From positions 1 through 28,585 of the forward strand of contig CAZQPD010000199.1 of NCBI GenBank assembly GCA_964595235.1: DNA of 28,585 nt, read 5' to 3'. Shown in pieces: positions 16,654 through 27,555 of this stretch; positions within the stretch are counted from its first letter, which is position 1, and every line of letters begins with the position of its first letter. The notes beneath the pieces were generated by a model. The model was not told the origin of the DNA. It worked only from the letters and a program-made list of their open reading frames with translations, and did no database searches. Made by a program: the position numbers and the translations under genes. This DNA is from an uncultured Polaribacter sp. (lineage in GTDB: Bacteria; Bacteroidota; Bacteroidia; Flavobacteriales; Flavobacteriaceae).

Positions 16654-16661
16654 TACCTTTG
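16654..16661 (+). promoter_or_regulatory. -7 element (TACCTTTG) for the metK leader
   Basis: Exact TAnnTTTG match 10 nt upstream of the riboswitch aptamer. Confidence 0.75.
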
Positions 16662-16671
16662 CCTTGTCATT

Positions 16672-16723
16672 GTGAGGATAGATTTGAACCTGCTTGCAAC
16701 CTCGTGAAAAAATGCTAAAACGG
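16672..16723 (+). ncRNA. SAM-II-type riboswitch aptamer
   Basis: P1 GUGAGG/CCUCGU encloses GAUUUG...GCUUGC and is followed by an A-rich linker and GCUAAAA. This is the order of conserved SAM-II elements, and it lies in the 5' leader of metK. Confidence 0.82.
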
Positions 16724-16827
16724 TACCCCTGGCAGTACAGGAAATCCCGGAAGCATTTTTGAGTACGAAACGGCGCAAAGGTTCATCCTTCGCAGGGCAT
16801 TGTTGTATAATAAAAAGTGTAAAAGAT

Positions 16828-18087
16828 ATGTCCTATTTTTTTACTTCGGAATCCGTGTCGGAAGGGCATCCGGACAAGGTGGCGGATCAAATTTCCGACC
16901 GTCTGTTGGATGAATTTTTAGCTTTCGACCCCAAATCGAAAGTAGCGGTAGAGACCCTCGTGACCACCGGACAAGTGGTGGTGGCGGGAGAAGTGCGCAG
17001 CAAAACCTATGTCGATATTCAGCGTATCACCCGGGATACGATAAAAAGGATAGGCTATGTGAAGGACGATTATTTTTTCTCTTACAAATCCCTCGGGGTT
17101 TTGTCTGCTATTCACGAACAATCGGAAGATATCAACAGGGGAGTGGTCAGGGATACGGCGGAACAACAAGGAGCCGGTGACCAAGGCATGATGTTCGGAT
17201 ATGCCACTGCCGAAAGCGGCAACTACATGCCGTTGAGTTTGGATATAGCCCATAAGCTGGTATATACCTTGGCGGAGATACGTAAGTCGGGGCGGCAAAT
17301 GACCTATTTGCGTCCTGATGCCAAGAGCCAGGTGACAGTGGAATACGACGACACACACCGTCCCGTCAGGGTGGATACTTTGGTGCTATCTACCCAGCAC
17401 GACCCCTTTCATCCGGAGGATGAGGTTATGTTGGAGACCATTCGCAGGGATGTACGTGAGATACTTATTCCCGCTTTGTTGTCTGAAAATCCCGGATGGG
17501 AACCGCTGTTTTCCGGTTACCGTTTGTTGGTGAACCCTACCGGGAAATTCGTCATCGGCGGACCTCACGGCGATACGGGATTGACGGGGAGGAAAATCAT
17601 CGTGGATACCTACGGCGGACACGGTGCGCACGGCGGAGGGGCATTTTCGGGCAAAGACCCGAGCAAGGTGGACCGTTCCGGGGCGTATATAGCCCGGTAT
17701 ATCGCCAAGAATATGGTGGCTGCAGGCGTAGCCCGCAGAATGTTGATACAAATATCCTATGCCATCGGTGTGGCGGAACCCGTCAGTATATATGTCGATA
17801 CGTTCGGTACGGCTACCATAGAAGGCGGCGACCGGAATATAGCATTGCGTATTCCGGAATTGTTCGACCTGACACCTGCAGGTATAGAGCGCCGTCTGCA
17901 ATTGCGGAAACCCATATATGCCGAAACCGCCGCTTACGGGCATTTCGGACGGAGTCCGCGCAAAGTTACCAAGCATTTCGAACGTTTCGATTATACCGAA
18001 GGGCGTATCATAGCCGAGGATATCGAAGTGGAATTGTTCACGTGGGAACGGCTCGATATGGTAGAGGAAATCCGCAAAGCCTTCTGA
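16828..18087 (+). CDS. metK: S-adenosylmethionine synthetase
   Basis: [40 protein letters not shown] and [10 protein letters not shown]. Start at ATG 16828 (MSYFF), not the ORF-track start at 16759. Confidence 0.98.
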   Translation: MSYFFTSESVSEGHPDKVADQISDRLLDEFLAFDPKSKVAVETLVTTGQVVVAGEVRSKTYVDIQRITRDTIKRIGYVKDDYFFSYKSLGVLSAIHEQSEDINRGVVRDTAEQQGAGDQGMMFGYATAESGNYMPLSLDIAHKLVYTLAEIRKSGRQMTYLRPDAKSQVTVEYDDTHRPVRVDTLVLSTQHDPFHPEDEVMLETIRRDVREILIPALLSENPGWEPLFSGYRLLVNPTGKFVIGGPHGDTGLTGRKIIVDTYGGHGAHGGGAFSGKDPSKVDRSGAYIARYIAKNMVAAGVARRMLIQISYAIGVAEPVSIYVDTFGTATIEGGDRNIALRIPELFDLTPAGIERRLQLRKPIYAETAAYGHFGRSPRKVTKHFERFDYTEGRIIAEDIEVELFTWERLDMVEEIRKAF

Positions 18088-18159
18088 ATGAAGGAATAAA
18101 GCCGGACTGCTGAAAATTCCGGGACTATCTTTTTTTTTCGCGGGATATCCGGTTTGTGG

Positions 18160-19827
18160 TTACCCGTTCATGGAGATGAGGAACTCCTCGTTGTTTTGGG
18201 TGCGTTCTATTTTTTCTTTGATAAACTTCATCGCTTCCACCGGGTTCATATCGGACAGGTATTTTCGAAGTATCCACATACGTTGGATGGTAGTGGGGTT
18301 GTGGAGTAAGTCGTCGCGGCGTGTACTTGATTTGATCAGGTCTATGGCGGGGAAAATACGCCTGTTGGATATGTTTCTGTCCAATTGCAGTTCCATATTC
18401 CCGGTTCCTTTGAACTCTTCGAATATCACTTCGTCCATTTTAGACCCTGTTTCGGTAAGGGCGGTAGCGATAATGGTCAATGAGCCTCCGTTTTCGATGT
18501 TCCTGGCGGCGCCGAAGAATCTTTTTGGTTTTTGCAGTGCGTTGGCGTCGATACCACCCGACAGGATTTTCCCCGATGCGGGGGCTACGGTATTGTATGC
18601 GCGTGCCAGCCGTGTGATGGAGTCCAGCAGGATGACCACATCGTGACCGCTTTCTACCAGGCGTTTGGCTTTTTCGATGACGATATTAGCTACGCGTACG
18701 TGTTTGTCAGCCGGTTCGTCGAATGTGGAGGCGATGACTTCGGCTTTTACGCTTCGTTGCATATCGGTAACTTCCTCCGGACGTTCGTCTATGAGGAGGA
18801 TGATTTGATAGACTTCCGGGTGGTTGGCGGCGATGGAATTGGCGATATCTTTCAGCAGAATGGTTTTTCCCGTTTTGGGTTGTGCCACAATCATGGCGCG
18901 TTGTCCTTTGCCAATAGGGGCGAACAGGTCCACGATACGGCTCGAGATGCTTGGGTTGCCGCCGGTAAGGTTGAATTTTTCTTCGGGAAAAAGCGGGGTA
19001 AGGTTGTGAAATGCGACGCGGTCACGGACGATAGCCGGGTCTAATCCGTTTATTTTTACCAGTTTGATAAGTGGATAAAATTTTTCGTTCACCTTCGGTG
19101 GGCGTACGATTCCGCGGATGGTATCCCCGGTTTTCAGTCCGAACAGTTTGATTTGTGAAGAGGATACATAGACGTCGTCGGGGGAGCTGAGGTAGTTGTA
19201 GTCGGAAGAGCGCAGGTAGCCGAAGTTGTCTCCGGGGAGTATTTCCAATACGCCTTCTGTTTCAATAATTCCGTCGAACTCGTAGTCGATATCTTTCTTT
19301 TTGTTCGGTAGAGGCAGGTGGTTTCCTTTTTCCACCCGTTCGTATTTTTTGCCGTTTCCGTTGTTTCCGTTGCGGAATTGTTGTTTTGGGGGATTGTTTT
19401 GTTGTTTTACTTGGCTGGTTGGGGGTTTGCTTGGTGGTTGCGGTGTTTTGGCAAGTCCGCTGGCGGGGGATACAGCCGGTCCGGTGGTTTTGTCGTCGGG
19501 CATTTTGGTTTGTTTAGGTGCCGTAGGCGGGTATGTGTCCGGTTCCGGCTTGTTATAAGATTGTACAATTGATTTTTCGCGAACGGCATCCGTGTTTTCC
19601 ATACCGGTGGTATTAGTTTCGTTTTTTTTCGGACGCCCTCTTTTTTTGATGGGGATGGAGGGGATATTGATGCCGGTATCGGCGCCGGGATTTTCCGCCA
19701 AAAAGTCTAAAATCTTGTATATCAGCTCGGTTTTACGAAGTTGGCTGGTTTTTTTTATCTTTAATGCTTTGGCTAATAATTTCAATTCCGCAAGACTTTT
19801 GGTCTTGAGTTCGGTCAATTCCAACAT
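18160..19827 (-). CDS. rho: Transcription termination factor Rho with N-terminal low-complexity insertion
   Basis: Rho_N helix bundle, DNFGYLR...DVYVS RNA-binding domain, [27 protein letters not shown] and GTGNMEL. Confidence 0.98.
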   Translation of the reverse strand: MLELTELKTKSLAELKLLAKALKIKKTSQLRKTELIYKILDFLAENPGADTGINIPSIPIKKRGRPKKNETNTTGMENTDAVREKSIVQSYNKPEPDTYPPTAPKQTKMPDDKTTGPAVSPASGLAKTPQPPSKPPTSQVKQQNNPPKQQFRNGNNGNGKKYERVEKGNHLPLPNKKKDIDYEFDGIIETEGVLEILPGDNFGYLRSSDYNYLSSPDDVYVSSSQIKLFGLKTGDTIRGIVRPPKVNEKFYPLIKLVKINGLDPAIVRDRVAFHNLTPLFPEEKFNLTGGNPSISSRIVDLFAPIGKGQRAMIVAQPKTGKTILLKDIANSIAANHPEVYQIILLIDERPEEVTDMQRSVKAEVIASTFDEPADKHVRVANIVIEKAKRLVESGHDVVILLDSITRLARAYNTVAPASGKILSGGIDANALQKPKRFFGAARNIENGGSLTIIATALTETGSKMDEVIFEEFKGTGNMELQLDRNISNRRIFPAIDLIKSSTRRDDLLHNPTTIQRMWILRKYLSDMNPVEAMKFIKEKIERTQNNEEFLISMNG

Positions 19828-19960
19828 ATCGAAAAAAATTTGTTATCGAAAAATAGGTCTTTCATTCAACAATTAATAAAAACTGGATTATCCCTGTTAG
19901 TTAAATCGATAAAATTCCGGGATTGTTTCGGCTCAATCGAGTATCTCTCATAAGCGGTTG

Positions 19961-19968
19961 CAAAGATA
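19961..19968 (-). promoter_or_regulatory. -7 element (TATCTTTG) for rho
   Basis: Exact TAnnTTTG match. Implies a leader of roughly 130 nt. Confidence 0.55.
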
Positions 19969-20191
19969 TAAAAAATATTTTATCCGGGAGATACACGTAA
20001 AAAACATGTATTGAGGGTAGATTCAATAGCCCGGAACACCTCTGTAATAACTGTTTTGATCGCCGGATAGTATTTTTATGTGGATTGATTGGCGGATTGA
20101 TAATGCATTTCACGGGGAGCGGGGGGATTGTATTTTTTACATTATTTCATGAAATTGACGTTAATCATGTTTGCTATTCATAACAATTCAT

Positions 20192-20199
20192 TAGATTTG
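20192..20199 (+). promoter_or_regulatory. -7 element (TAGATTTG) for the nqr operon
   Basis: Exact TAnnTTTG match 31 nt upstream of the nqrA ATG. Confidence 0.7.
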
Positions 20200-20230
20200 C
20201 AAAGAATTTTATAATAAAACCTATTGACGA

Positions 20231-21583
20231 ATGTCAGATATCATCATTAAGAAAGGCTTGGATATTCCGCTGAAAGGCTGTGCGGAAAAGCAACTGACCG
20301 TCATGCCGCGCAGTGATATATATGCGGTAAAGCCGCCTGATTTTCACGGTGTAACACCGAAATTAACCGTCCGGGTAGGGGACAGGGTGAAAGCAGGTGA
20401 TATTTTGTTTTTTTCCAAGGCGGACGAGAAGGTCAAATTCGCTTCGCCTGTCAGTGGAGTGGTACAGGATATTACCCGCGGGGAACGCCGCAGGATATTG
20501 GATATCCGTATTAAGGCGGACGATGAAGATGTGTATAAGGATTTCGGTATCCGCCGTCCGGAGGATATGACACCGGAGGAGGTAAAGCAGCATTTGTCGG
20601 AGGCGGGTTGTCTGCCGTATTTCATCCAGCGTCCGTATGATGTGGTGGCATATTCGGGCGATACGCCCAAATCCATTTTTGTTTCCACTTTCTCGTCGGC
20701 TCCGCTGGCTCCCGACCCGCTGTTTGCCATGCAAGGCATGGAAGAGGATTTTCAGACGGGGGTCAATGTGCTGGCAAAACTGACTCCCGGCAAGGTGCAT
20801 CTGGGGGTACGTGGCGAAAATCCGGGTTTTTTCGCTACTGTGAAGAATGCCGAGATACACAAAGTATTTGGTAAGCACCCTGCGGGAAATGTCGGTGTAC
20901 AGATAGAAAAGATAGACCCCGTGAATGCCGGGGAACGTGTCTGGACCGTACGTCCGCAGGATGTGGCATTGATAGGGCGGTTGTTCAATACGGGCAAGTA
21001 TATCGCTACGCGTGTAATAGCATTTGCCGGTAGCGAAGTGGAAGAGCCCAAATATCTGAAAACCATCCAAGGTGCCAAGATTCAGCATTTGTTCGACAAA
21101 TGTATCATCGGCGGAGCACAGGAAGTGCGTATCATCAACGGCGATGTGCTGACGGGCAAAACTGTTCATAAGAACAATTTCCTCGGTTTTTACAATACTC
21201 TGATCAGCGTCATTCCCGAAGGGAAATATTACACATTTTTCGGTTGGCTACCCTTTACCCAAAACCGGATATTCAGCATGTCCCGGACGTTCTTGTCATG
21301 GCTGGCGCCCAATAAGAAATACGTATTGGACACCAACTACAACGGGGAGGAGCGCGCTATGGTGATGACCGGGGAGATGGAAAAGGTCTTTCCCATGGAT
21401 ATTTACCCCATGCAATTGTTGAAAGCCTGTTTGGCTTCGGATATTGAGAAAATGGAGAAACTCGGGATATACGAAGTAGCCCCGGAAGATTTCGGGCTAA
21501 TAGATTATGTCAGTTCGTCTAAAATAGAGGCACAGACCATCATACGCGAAGGGCTGGACCTCATGATAAAAGAAGTAGGATAA
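20231..21583 (+). CDS. nqrA: Na+-translocating NADH:quinone reductase subunit A
   Basis: IIIKKGLDIPLKG, VRVGDRVKAG, SPVSG, HPAGNVGVQI and LGIYEVAPED. First gene of the six-gene operon. Confidence 0.96.
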   Translation: MSDIIIKKGLDIPLKGCAEKQLTVMPRSDIYAVKPPDFHGVTPKLTVRVGDRVKAGDILFFSKADEKVKFASPVSGVVQDITRGERRRILDIRIKADDEDVYKDFGIRRPEDMTPEEVKQHLSEAGCLPYFIQRPYDVVAYSGDTPKSIFVSTFSSAPLAPDPLFAMQGMEEDFQTGVNVLAKLTPGKVHLGVRGENPGFFATVKNAEIHKVFGKHPAGNVGVQIEKIDPVNAGERVWTVRPQDVALIGRLFNTGKYIATRVIAFAGSEVEEPKYLKTIQGAKIQHLFDKCIIGGAQEVRIINGDVLTGKTVHKNNFLGFYNTLISVIPEGKYYTFFGWLPFTQNRIFSMSRTFLSWLAPNKKYVLDTNYNGEERAMVMTGEMEKVFPMDIYPMQLLKACLASDIEKMEKLGIYEVAPEDFGLIDYVSSSKIEAQTIIREGLDLMIKEVG

Positions 21584-22728
21584 TGAGATTTCTAAACAAC
21601 CTCATGGAGCGGTACCGTCCGCATTTCCGCAAAGGCGGTAAATACGAAAAGTACGGACCAGCATTTAACGGTATCGATACCTTTTTGTTCGTGCCCAACC
21701 ATACTACAAAGACCGGGGCGCACATACGCGACGGTATCGACTTGAAGCGTGTGATGATTGTCGTGGTGTTCGCATTGATACCCGCTACCGTATTCGGTAT
21801 TTGGAACATCGGGTACCAGCATTTTCACCAGCTCGGTGCGGATACCGGGTTTTGGGAGAATTTTTGGTTTGGCGCCAAGCGTTTCATCCCGATGCTTGTC
21901 GTGTCGTATGTGGTGGGTTTGGGTATTGAATTTGCCTATGCCGTCATCAGGGGGCATGCCGTGAACGAAGGATACCTGGTCAGCGGTTTGCTCATCCCGT
22001 TGATTATGCCGGTGGACATACCTCTGTGGATGCTTGCCGTGTCAGTGGTATTTGCCGTGGTAATCGGTAAAGAGGCGTTCGGGGGTACAGGTATGAACAT
22101 CTTGAACCCTGCCTTGCTCGCCAGAGCATTTGCTTTTTTCTCTTACGCTCCGTATATGAGTGGGGATAAGGTGTGGGTGGCGGATGCTTCTACCGTCGAT
22201 GGCATTTCGGGTGAAACCCTGTTGGGAGCATTGGCTCACGGCAAAGAGTATGCGTACAGCGCTTGGGATATGTTTATGGGTTATTTGCCGGGGTCTATCG
22301 GTGAGACTTCGGTGTTGATGATATTGTTGGGCGCTGCGTTCTTGCTTTTTACCGGTATTGCGAGTTGGCGGATTATGTTGAGTACCCTTGCCGGAGGTGC
22401 TTTGATGGCGTTTTTGTTCAATCTATGGGGGCATAATGACATCATGCGTTTCCCGTGGTGGCAGCACCTGCTTGCCGGTGGCTTTATGTTCGGAGCGGTG
22501 TTTATGGCTACCGATCCGGTTACCGCTGCACAAACCCGTAAGGGAAAATGGATATACGGGTTTCTCGTGGGAATACTCGCCATATTGGTCAGGACGTTCA
22601 ACGGGGCATATCCCGAAGGGATGATGATGGCGATACTGTTAATGAATGTTTTCGCCCCGCTTATCGACCATTATGTGATAGAAGCCAATGTAAAAAAACG
22701 ATTAAAAAGAAGTAAAAAAGCCTCGTGA
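21583..22728 (+). CDS. nqrB: Na+-NQR subunit B
   Basis: HIRDGIDLKR, KEAFGGTGMNILNPAL, DGISGET (FMN-Thr site), PGSIGETS, FMATDPV and YPEGMMMAILLMN. Confidence 0.96.
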   Translation: MRFLNNLMERYRPHFRKGGKYEKYGPAFNGIDTFLFVPNHTTKTGAHIRDGIDLKRVMIVVVFALIPATVFGIWNIGYQHFHQLGADTGFWENFWFGAKRFIPMLVVSYVVGLGIEFAYAVIRGHAVNEGYLVSGLLIPLIMPVDIPLWMLAVSVVFAVVIGKEAFGGTGMNILNPALLARAFAFFSYAPYMSGDKVWVADASTVDGISGETLLGALAHGKEYAYSAWDMFMGYLPGSIGETSVLMILLGAAFLLFTGIASWRIMLSTLAGGALMAFLFNLWGHNDIMRFPWWQHLLAGGFMFGAVFMATDPVTAAQTRKGKWIYGFLVGILAILVRTFNGAYPEGMMMAILLMNVFAPLIDHYVIEANVKKRLKRSKKAS

Positions 22729-23441
22729 TGAATACCAATAGTAATTCTTATACTTTTCTCTTTGCATTTGTATTGGTGACGGTGATTGCCGGTTTGTTGG
22801 CATTTACCGCTACGGCACTTAAACCCAAGCAGATGGAGAACATCCGGAATGAAAAAATGCAAAGCATTCTCGCTTCGATGGGGGTCGAGACGGAGCGTTC
22901 GGAAGCCGGAAACGAATTCGGCAAATACATCAAAAAACAATGGGCGCTGTTGCCCGACGGCACGGTGGACGAAAAAGTAGATGCTTTCGAAATCAATTTG
23001 AAAAACGAAATAAAAAAGAAACCCGAAGACCAGCATTATCCCATTTACATAGGTGAAAAAGACGGTAAGACGGTCTATGTGATTCCCCTGTTCGGTAAGG
23101 GTTTGTGGGATGATATCTGGGGTTATATAGCATTGGCGGATGATAAGAATACCATCATCGGTGCGGTGTTCGACCACAAAGGAGAGACTCCGGGCTTGGG
23201 TGCTGAAATCAGGGAAGCCTGGTTCCAAGAACAGTACAGGGGGAAGAAGATTTTCGATAAGGAAGGCGATTATTCCAAGAACAATTTCGTATCGGTAAGA
23301 ACCGTAAAGGGCGGGGCTTCACCGGATGACGTACATGGAGTAGATGCCATATCCGGAGGTACGGTTACCTCGGACAAACTCACCCATATGGTGCGCGAGC
23401 GTCTCGAACATTACTTGCCGTTTTTCAACAAAACAAAATAA
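22728..23441 (+). CDS. nqrC: Na+-NQR subunit C
   Basis: N-terminal TM helix, [14 protein letters not shown] and DAISGGT (FMN-Thr site). ATG 22728 overlaps the nqrB TGA. Confidence 0.95.
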   Translation: MNTNSNSYTFLFAFVLVTVIAGLLAFTATALKPKQMENIRNEKMQSILASMGVETERSEAGNEFGKYIKKQWALLPDGTVDEKVDAFEINLKNEIKKKPEDQHYPIYIGEKDGKTVYVIPLFGKGLWDDIWGYIALADDKNTIIGAVFDHKGETPGLGAEIREAWFQEQYRGKKIFDKEGDYSKNNFVSVRTVKGGASPDDVHGVDAISGGTVTSDKLTHMVRERLEHYLPFFNKTK

Positions 23442-23452
23442 TTCCCTACGTC

Positions 23453-24124
23453 ATGGCAGAAGATAAATCTTTATTTTCCAAAAAGAATTTAAAACTCATC
23501 ACCGATCCTCTGAACGATAACAATCCCATTACCGTACAGGTACTCGGTATTTGTTCGGCATTGGCTATTACCGTTCAGTTGAAGCCCGCCATAGTGATGG
23601 CTATCGCCGTGACGGCGGTGTTGGTGTTCAGTAATTTGATTATTTCATTGCTTCGCAATCTCATCCCGAACCGGATACGTATTATCGTTCAGTTGGTCGT
23701 GGTAGCGGCATTGGTAATCATCGTGGATCAGATATTGAAGGCTTATGCTTTCGACGTGAGCAAACAGTTGTCGGTATTCGTGGGATTGATTATTACCAAT
23801 TGTATCATCATGGGGCGGTTGGAAGCTTTTGCCCTGGGTAATACCCCTTGGAAGTCGGTGCTCGATGCCTTGGGAAACGCCGGGGGATACGGTATCATTC
23901 TGATTATCGTCGCATTCTTGCGCGAATTGTTGGGTTCGGGAAAATTGTTCGGTTACGAGATACTCGGACACAAAGGCAAGACCCTGGCAGAGTCCACAGG
24001 ATTGTATGCCTTGGGGTATGAAAATAACGGTTTTATGCTGTTGTCACCCATGGCGCTTATCGTATTGGGAATCGTCATTTGGGTACAGCGTGCCAAGAAC
24101 CGTAAACTCATAGAACAACATTAA
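23453..24124 (+). CDS. nqrD: Na+-NQR subunit D
   Basis: [22 protein letters not shown] and [15 protein letters not shown]. Confidence 0.96.
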   Translation: MAEDKSLFSKKNLKLITDPLNDNNPITVQVLGICSALAITVQLKPAIVMAIAVTAVLVFSNLIISLLRNLIPNRIRIIVQLVVVAALVIIVDQILKAYAFDVSKQLSVFVGLIITNCIIMGRLEAFALGNTPWKSVLDALGNAGGYGIILIIVAFLRELLGSGKLFGYEILGHKGKTLAESTGLYALGYENNGFMLLSPMALIVLGIVIWVQRAKNRKLIEQH

Positions 24125-24141
24125 CCGGAAAAATATCAGTC

Positions 24142-24756
24142 ATGGATTATATCAATCTGTTCGTCAAAAGTATTTTTATAGACAACATGGTGTTCGCATA
24201 CTTTTTGGGTATGTGTTCGTATCTGGCGGTATCGAAGAAAGTATCGACAGCCGTGGGGTTGGGAGCGGCGGTAATATTCGTCATGCTCATCACCGTTCCG
24301 GTCAATTACCTGCTGGATAATTACCTGCTCAAACCGGGAGCTTTGGCATGGCTCGACCCATCGCTGAAAGACATAGATTTGAGTTTTTTGAGTTTTATCA
24401 TGTTCATAGCCGTGATAGCGTCTATGGTGCAATTGGTAGAGATGATCGTAGAGCGTTTTGCCCCGTCGTTGTATAATGCATTGGGGATTTTCCTGCCATT
24501 GATAGCGGTGAACTGTGCCATTTTGGGAGGTTCTCTTTTCATGCAACAGAAAGATTTCGCCAATGTAGCGGAGTCGGCGGTTTACGGTTTGGGTTCCGGT
24601 ATCGGATGGTTTCTCGCTATCGTCGCTATCGCCGCCATACGTGAGAAGATTACCTATTCCAATGTGCCGGCACCTCTGCGTGGTATCGGCATTACCTTCA
24701 TCATCACCGGGCTGATGGCAATCGGTTTTATGAGTTTTTCGGGTATCGAATTATAG
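24142..24756 (+). CDS. nqrE: Na+-NQR subunit E
   Basis: [27 protein letters not shown] and [13 protein letters not shown]. Confidence 0.96.
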   Translation: MDYINLFVKSIFIDNMVFAYFLGMCSYLAVSKKVSTAVGLGAAVIFVMLITVPVNYLLDNYLLKPGALAWLDPSLKDIDLSFLSFIMFIAVIASMVQLVEMIVERFAPSLYNALGIFLPLIAVNCAILGGSLFMQQKDFANVAESAVYGLGSGIGWFLAIVAIAAIREKITYSNVPAPLRGIGITFIITGLMAIGFMSFSGIEL

Positions 24757-24784
24757 GAAATTACAAAAAATAAAGAGGTAATAC

Positions 24785-26074
24785 ATGAATACAATATTTA
24801 TCAGCATAGTGGTTTTTCTGGTTGTCATCATGTTGTTGGTGGTCATCCTACTGGTAGCAAAAGCGAAGCTTTTGCCTTCGGGGAAGGTGAAGATAATAAT
24901 CAACGGAGAGCGGGAAATAGAAGTGAACACGGGTAATTCACTCCTGGCGACATTGGGGAACGAAAAGATCTTTTTGCCTTCTGCCTGTGGCGGGGGTGGT
25001 ACATGCCTTCAATGTGTGTGTACGGTCAAAGAGGGGGGTGGAGAGCCTTTGCCTACGGAGACCCCGCATTTCACCCGTAAGGAATTAGCCGAAGGCAAAC
25101 GGTTGGGCTGCCAGGTGAAGGTAAAAGGTGATATGAAAATCGAAATACCCGAGGAGATTTTCGGTATAAAAAAATGGGAGGCTACCGTGGTGTCGAATTA
25201 TAATGTAGCGTCGTTTATCAAGGAGTTCATAGTGGAAATTCCCGAGGATATGGATTATAAGCCGGGAGGATATATACAGATAGAAGTTCCGCCGGTAGAA
25301 GTGAAGTATAAAGACATAGATATCACGGCACATCCGGATGAACATCCCGGTGAACCGGACAAGTTCCACTTGGAATGGGATAAGTACAATCTATGGCCCT
25401 TGGTGATGAAGAACGACGAGGAAGTGGTCAGGGCATACTCCATGGCTTCATATCCTGCCGAAGGACGAAGGGTGATGCTGAATGTACGAATCGCTACTCC
25501 GCCTTGGGACAGAAATGCCAATACATGGATGAAAGTAAACCCCGGTGTGGCATCCTCATATATTTTCTCACGAAAACCCGGTGATAAGGTCGTGATATCA
25601 GGACCTTACGGAGAGTTCTTTATCAATGAAGACTCCGATGCCGAAATGCTTTACATAGGCGGTGGTGCCGGGATGGCACCCATGCGTTCGCATTTATACC
25701 ACCTGTTCAAGACATTGAGAACCGGTAGAAAAGTATCTTATTGGTACGGGGGCAGGAGTAAGCGTGAGTTGTTTTATATCGAACATTTCAGGGCATTGGA
25801 ACGGGAATTTCCGAATTTCAAGTTCTATATCGTATTGTCCGAACCGCTTCCGGAAGATAATTGGAAGGTCAAAGAGAGTATCGATGCCCCCGGTGACGGA
25901 TTTACCGGTTTCGTGCACCAAGCCGTTATAGACCATTACTTGAATCACCATGAGGCACCCGAAGATATTGAGTTCTATTTCTGCGGTCCGCCGTTGATGA
26001 ACAAAGCCGTGGTAAAAATGTGTTATGACTTCGGAGTTCCGGATGAGAATGTACGTTTTGACGATTTCGGGTGA
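24785..26074 (+). CDS. nqrF: Na+-NQR subunit F
   Basis: 2Fe-2S motif CGGGGTCxxC...[22 protein letters not shown] and terminal FDDFG. Confidence 0.97.
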   Translation: MNTIFISIVVFLVVIMLLVVILLVAKAKLLPSGKVKIIINGEREIEVNTGNSLLATLGNEKIFLPSACGGGGTCLQCVCTVKEGGGEPLPTETPHFTRKELAEGKRLGCQVKVKGDMKIEIPEEIFGIKKWEATVVSNYNVASFIKEFIVEIPEDMDYKPGGYIQIEVPPVEVKYKDIDITAHPDEHPGEPDKFHLEWDKYNLWPLVMKNDEEVVRAYSMASYPAEGRRVMLNVRIATPPWDRNANTWMKVNPGVASSYIFSRKPGDKVVISGPYGEFFINEDSDAEMLYIGGGAGMAPMRSHLYHLFKTLRTGRKVSYWYGGRSKRELFYIEHFRALEREFPNFKFYIVLSEPLPEDNWKVKESIDAPGDGFTGFVHQAVIDHYLNHHEAPEDIEFYFCGPPLMNKAVVKMCYDFGVPDENVRFDDFG

Positions 26075-26087
26075 TGTGGTAGATAAA

Positions 26088-26125
26088 GGCTTTGCTGAAA
26101 ATCATAGCAGTGCCAGATTTTTTTT
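26088..26125 (+). terminator. Possible intrinsic terminator after nqrF
   Basis: Imperfect GGCTTTGCT/AGCAGTGCC stem followed after 3 nt by an 8-T run. Confidence 0.45.
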
Positions 26126-26183
26126 AATTTGTAGGGCAGAGCGTTAAGAAAATGTCCGGTGGGGATTTTTAACCGGTCAGCCG

Positions 26184-27536
26184 TTATTGTTCAGATTTAT
26201 CACTTGACATATTTTCGAGAAAGATTTTGTTATTCTCGTAAATTGCTTCGGTCAACCTGTTCACGTTACGTATCATTGATATTACCAATACAATAACACT
26301 TAAGAAAAGTACCGTAATAAAAGATCCGAAAATACCTTTAATGCTCCAAAAACGGTATTTTTCACGAGTATCCAATTTTGATATGTATTCCATTTTCGCT
26401 TTTCTCAGTTCATCATTATAGTTTTTTTCCCATTTTTGAACAGCATGTTCATATGCTTTGTCAATTTCTCGGATTCGTTTGTTTCTCAATTGGTTGTTTT
26501 TTCTATATTCGTTATAGTAGATGCTCAATGCGTGAGCTTGTGTTCCATCAATAGGGAGCTTCGGCAATAGCTTAATAAAGCCATTTGTACTCTCGATAAG
26601 AGCATTCAAATTGTTGTTATAGTAATTATAATATTCTCTGTGCATTTTTTTGATAACCGCCTCCCGGGATGCATAGGAAAATTTAGGGATAATTTCACTC
26701 TGATAGTCAATCATGTTAAGGCCATCTTTTGGATTTTTATTAATAAATCTCCAAATGTAATAATATGCATTTAGCTGATTTTTTGAAGGCAAATTTTGAA
26801 GTACTTTTGCAATTTTGCTAAATCTCTCTTCTATTTGATTGACCTTATACCGATTTAATGGTATATAGAAAAAATAGTTTTCAATGAAATTAATTCTACT
26901 TTCGACATCGGCTAAACTTTCGAGTAAAGTATTTACAGATTTCAGTATTTTTTCTTTGTCTGCATAGTCTGTTCGTTTTTTTGCATCAGTAAAATCAATG
27001 AATCTTTCGGTAAAACCTTTTTTTGTCAGTTTAGCTTTTTTAAAGGACGGGTTTTTTGTTTTACGGAACAATTTTCTATCACTTTCCGAAGCAAAGTAAG
27101 TAATGTATTGATTATTCCAAAAGGATTGGTTTTCTGCGAATGGTATTAATTCTTTTGTTTTCGTAATTTGGTCATAAAAATTGGATAGTGCCAAACTGTC
27201 GATAATTTTAGGCTTATTATTTTCTTCGGCATTGAATTCAGGTTCAGGCATTATCATAGTATCTTCCGTCTTGTTGTTTTCCTGTTTGTTTTTTTCGACA
27301 GGCAGTTTTTTCAGTATATTTTCTATTTTCACTTCGGAAATTTCCGGGTAAGCTTCTTTTGTAGGTGGCTGAGGTTTTACGACTTTTCTTTCATGAGGGG
27401 GGACATATGACCATAGTAGCACTCCTATTCCGGCTAGGATAATTAGGATGCTTATGCCAATTAGTAAATGCCAAAAATAGCGGTTAATGGTATAGTAATA
27501 TTTGTTTTCGAGATTACTGAAATTAATTTTTTTCAT
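26184..27536 (-). CDS. Hypothetical membrane protein (TM helix near each terminus, large helical loop)
   Basis: 450-aa ORF in AT-rich DNA. Hydrophobic helices at about residues 21-43 and near the C-terminus, a Pro-rich linker and a coiled-coil-like segment. No family recognised. Confidence 0.75.
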   Translation of the reverse strand: MKKINFSNLENKYYYTINRYFWHLLIGISILIILAGIGVLLWSYVPPHERKVVKPQPPTKEAYPEISEVKIENILKKLPVEKNKQENNKTEDTMIMPEPEFNAEENNKPKIIDSLALSNFYDQITKTKELIPFAENQSFWNNQYITYFASESDRKLFRKTKNPSFKKAKLTKKGFTERFIDFTDAKKRTDYADKEKILKSVNTLLESLADVESRINFIENYFFYIPLNRYKVNQIEERFSKIAKVLQNLPSKNQLNAYYYIWRFINKNPKDGLNMIDYQSEIIPKFSYASREAVIKKMHREYYNYYNNNLNALIESTNGFIKLLPKLPIDGTQAHALSIYYNEYRKNNQLRNKRIREIDKAYEHAVQKWEKNYNDELRKAKMEYISKLDTREKYRFWSIKGIFGSFITVLFLSVIVLVISMIRNVNRLTEAIYENNKIFLENMSSDKSEQ

Positions 27537-27555
27537 ATTATTAATGTTATAATAA

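Noticed and set aside
17496-18113. 205-aa Arg-rich ORF overlapping metK in another frame
   Set aside because: Frame-shift shadow of a GC-rich gene. metK itself is intact.
18098-18155. Bidirectional terminator between metK and rho
   Set aside because: A T9 run and several CCGG repeats are present, but no clean stem directly abuts the U-tract on either strand.
19968-20080. Long-range imperfect inverted repeat in the rho/nqr intergenic region as an ncRNA
   Set aside because: Short AT-rich arms around a common CCGGA core, with no recognisable family or supporting promoter and terminator.
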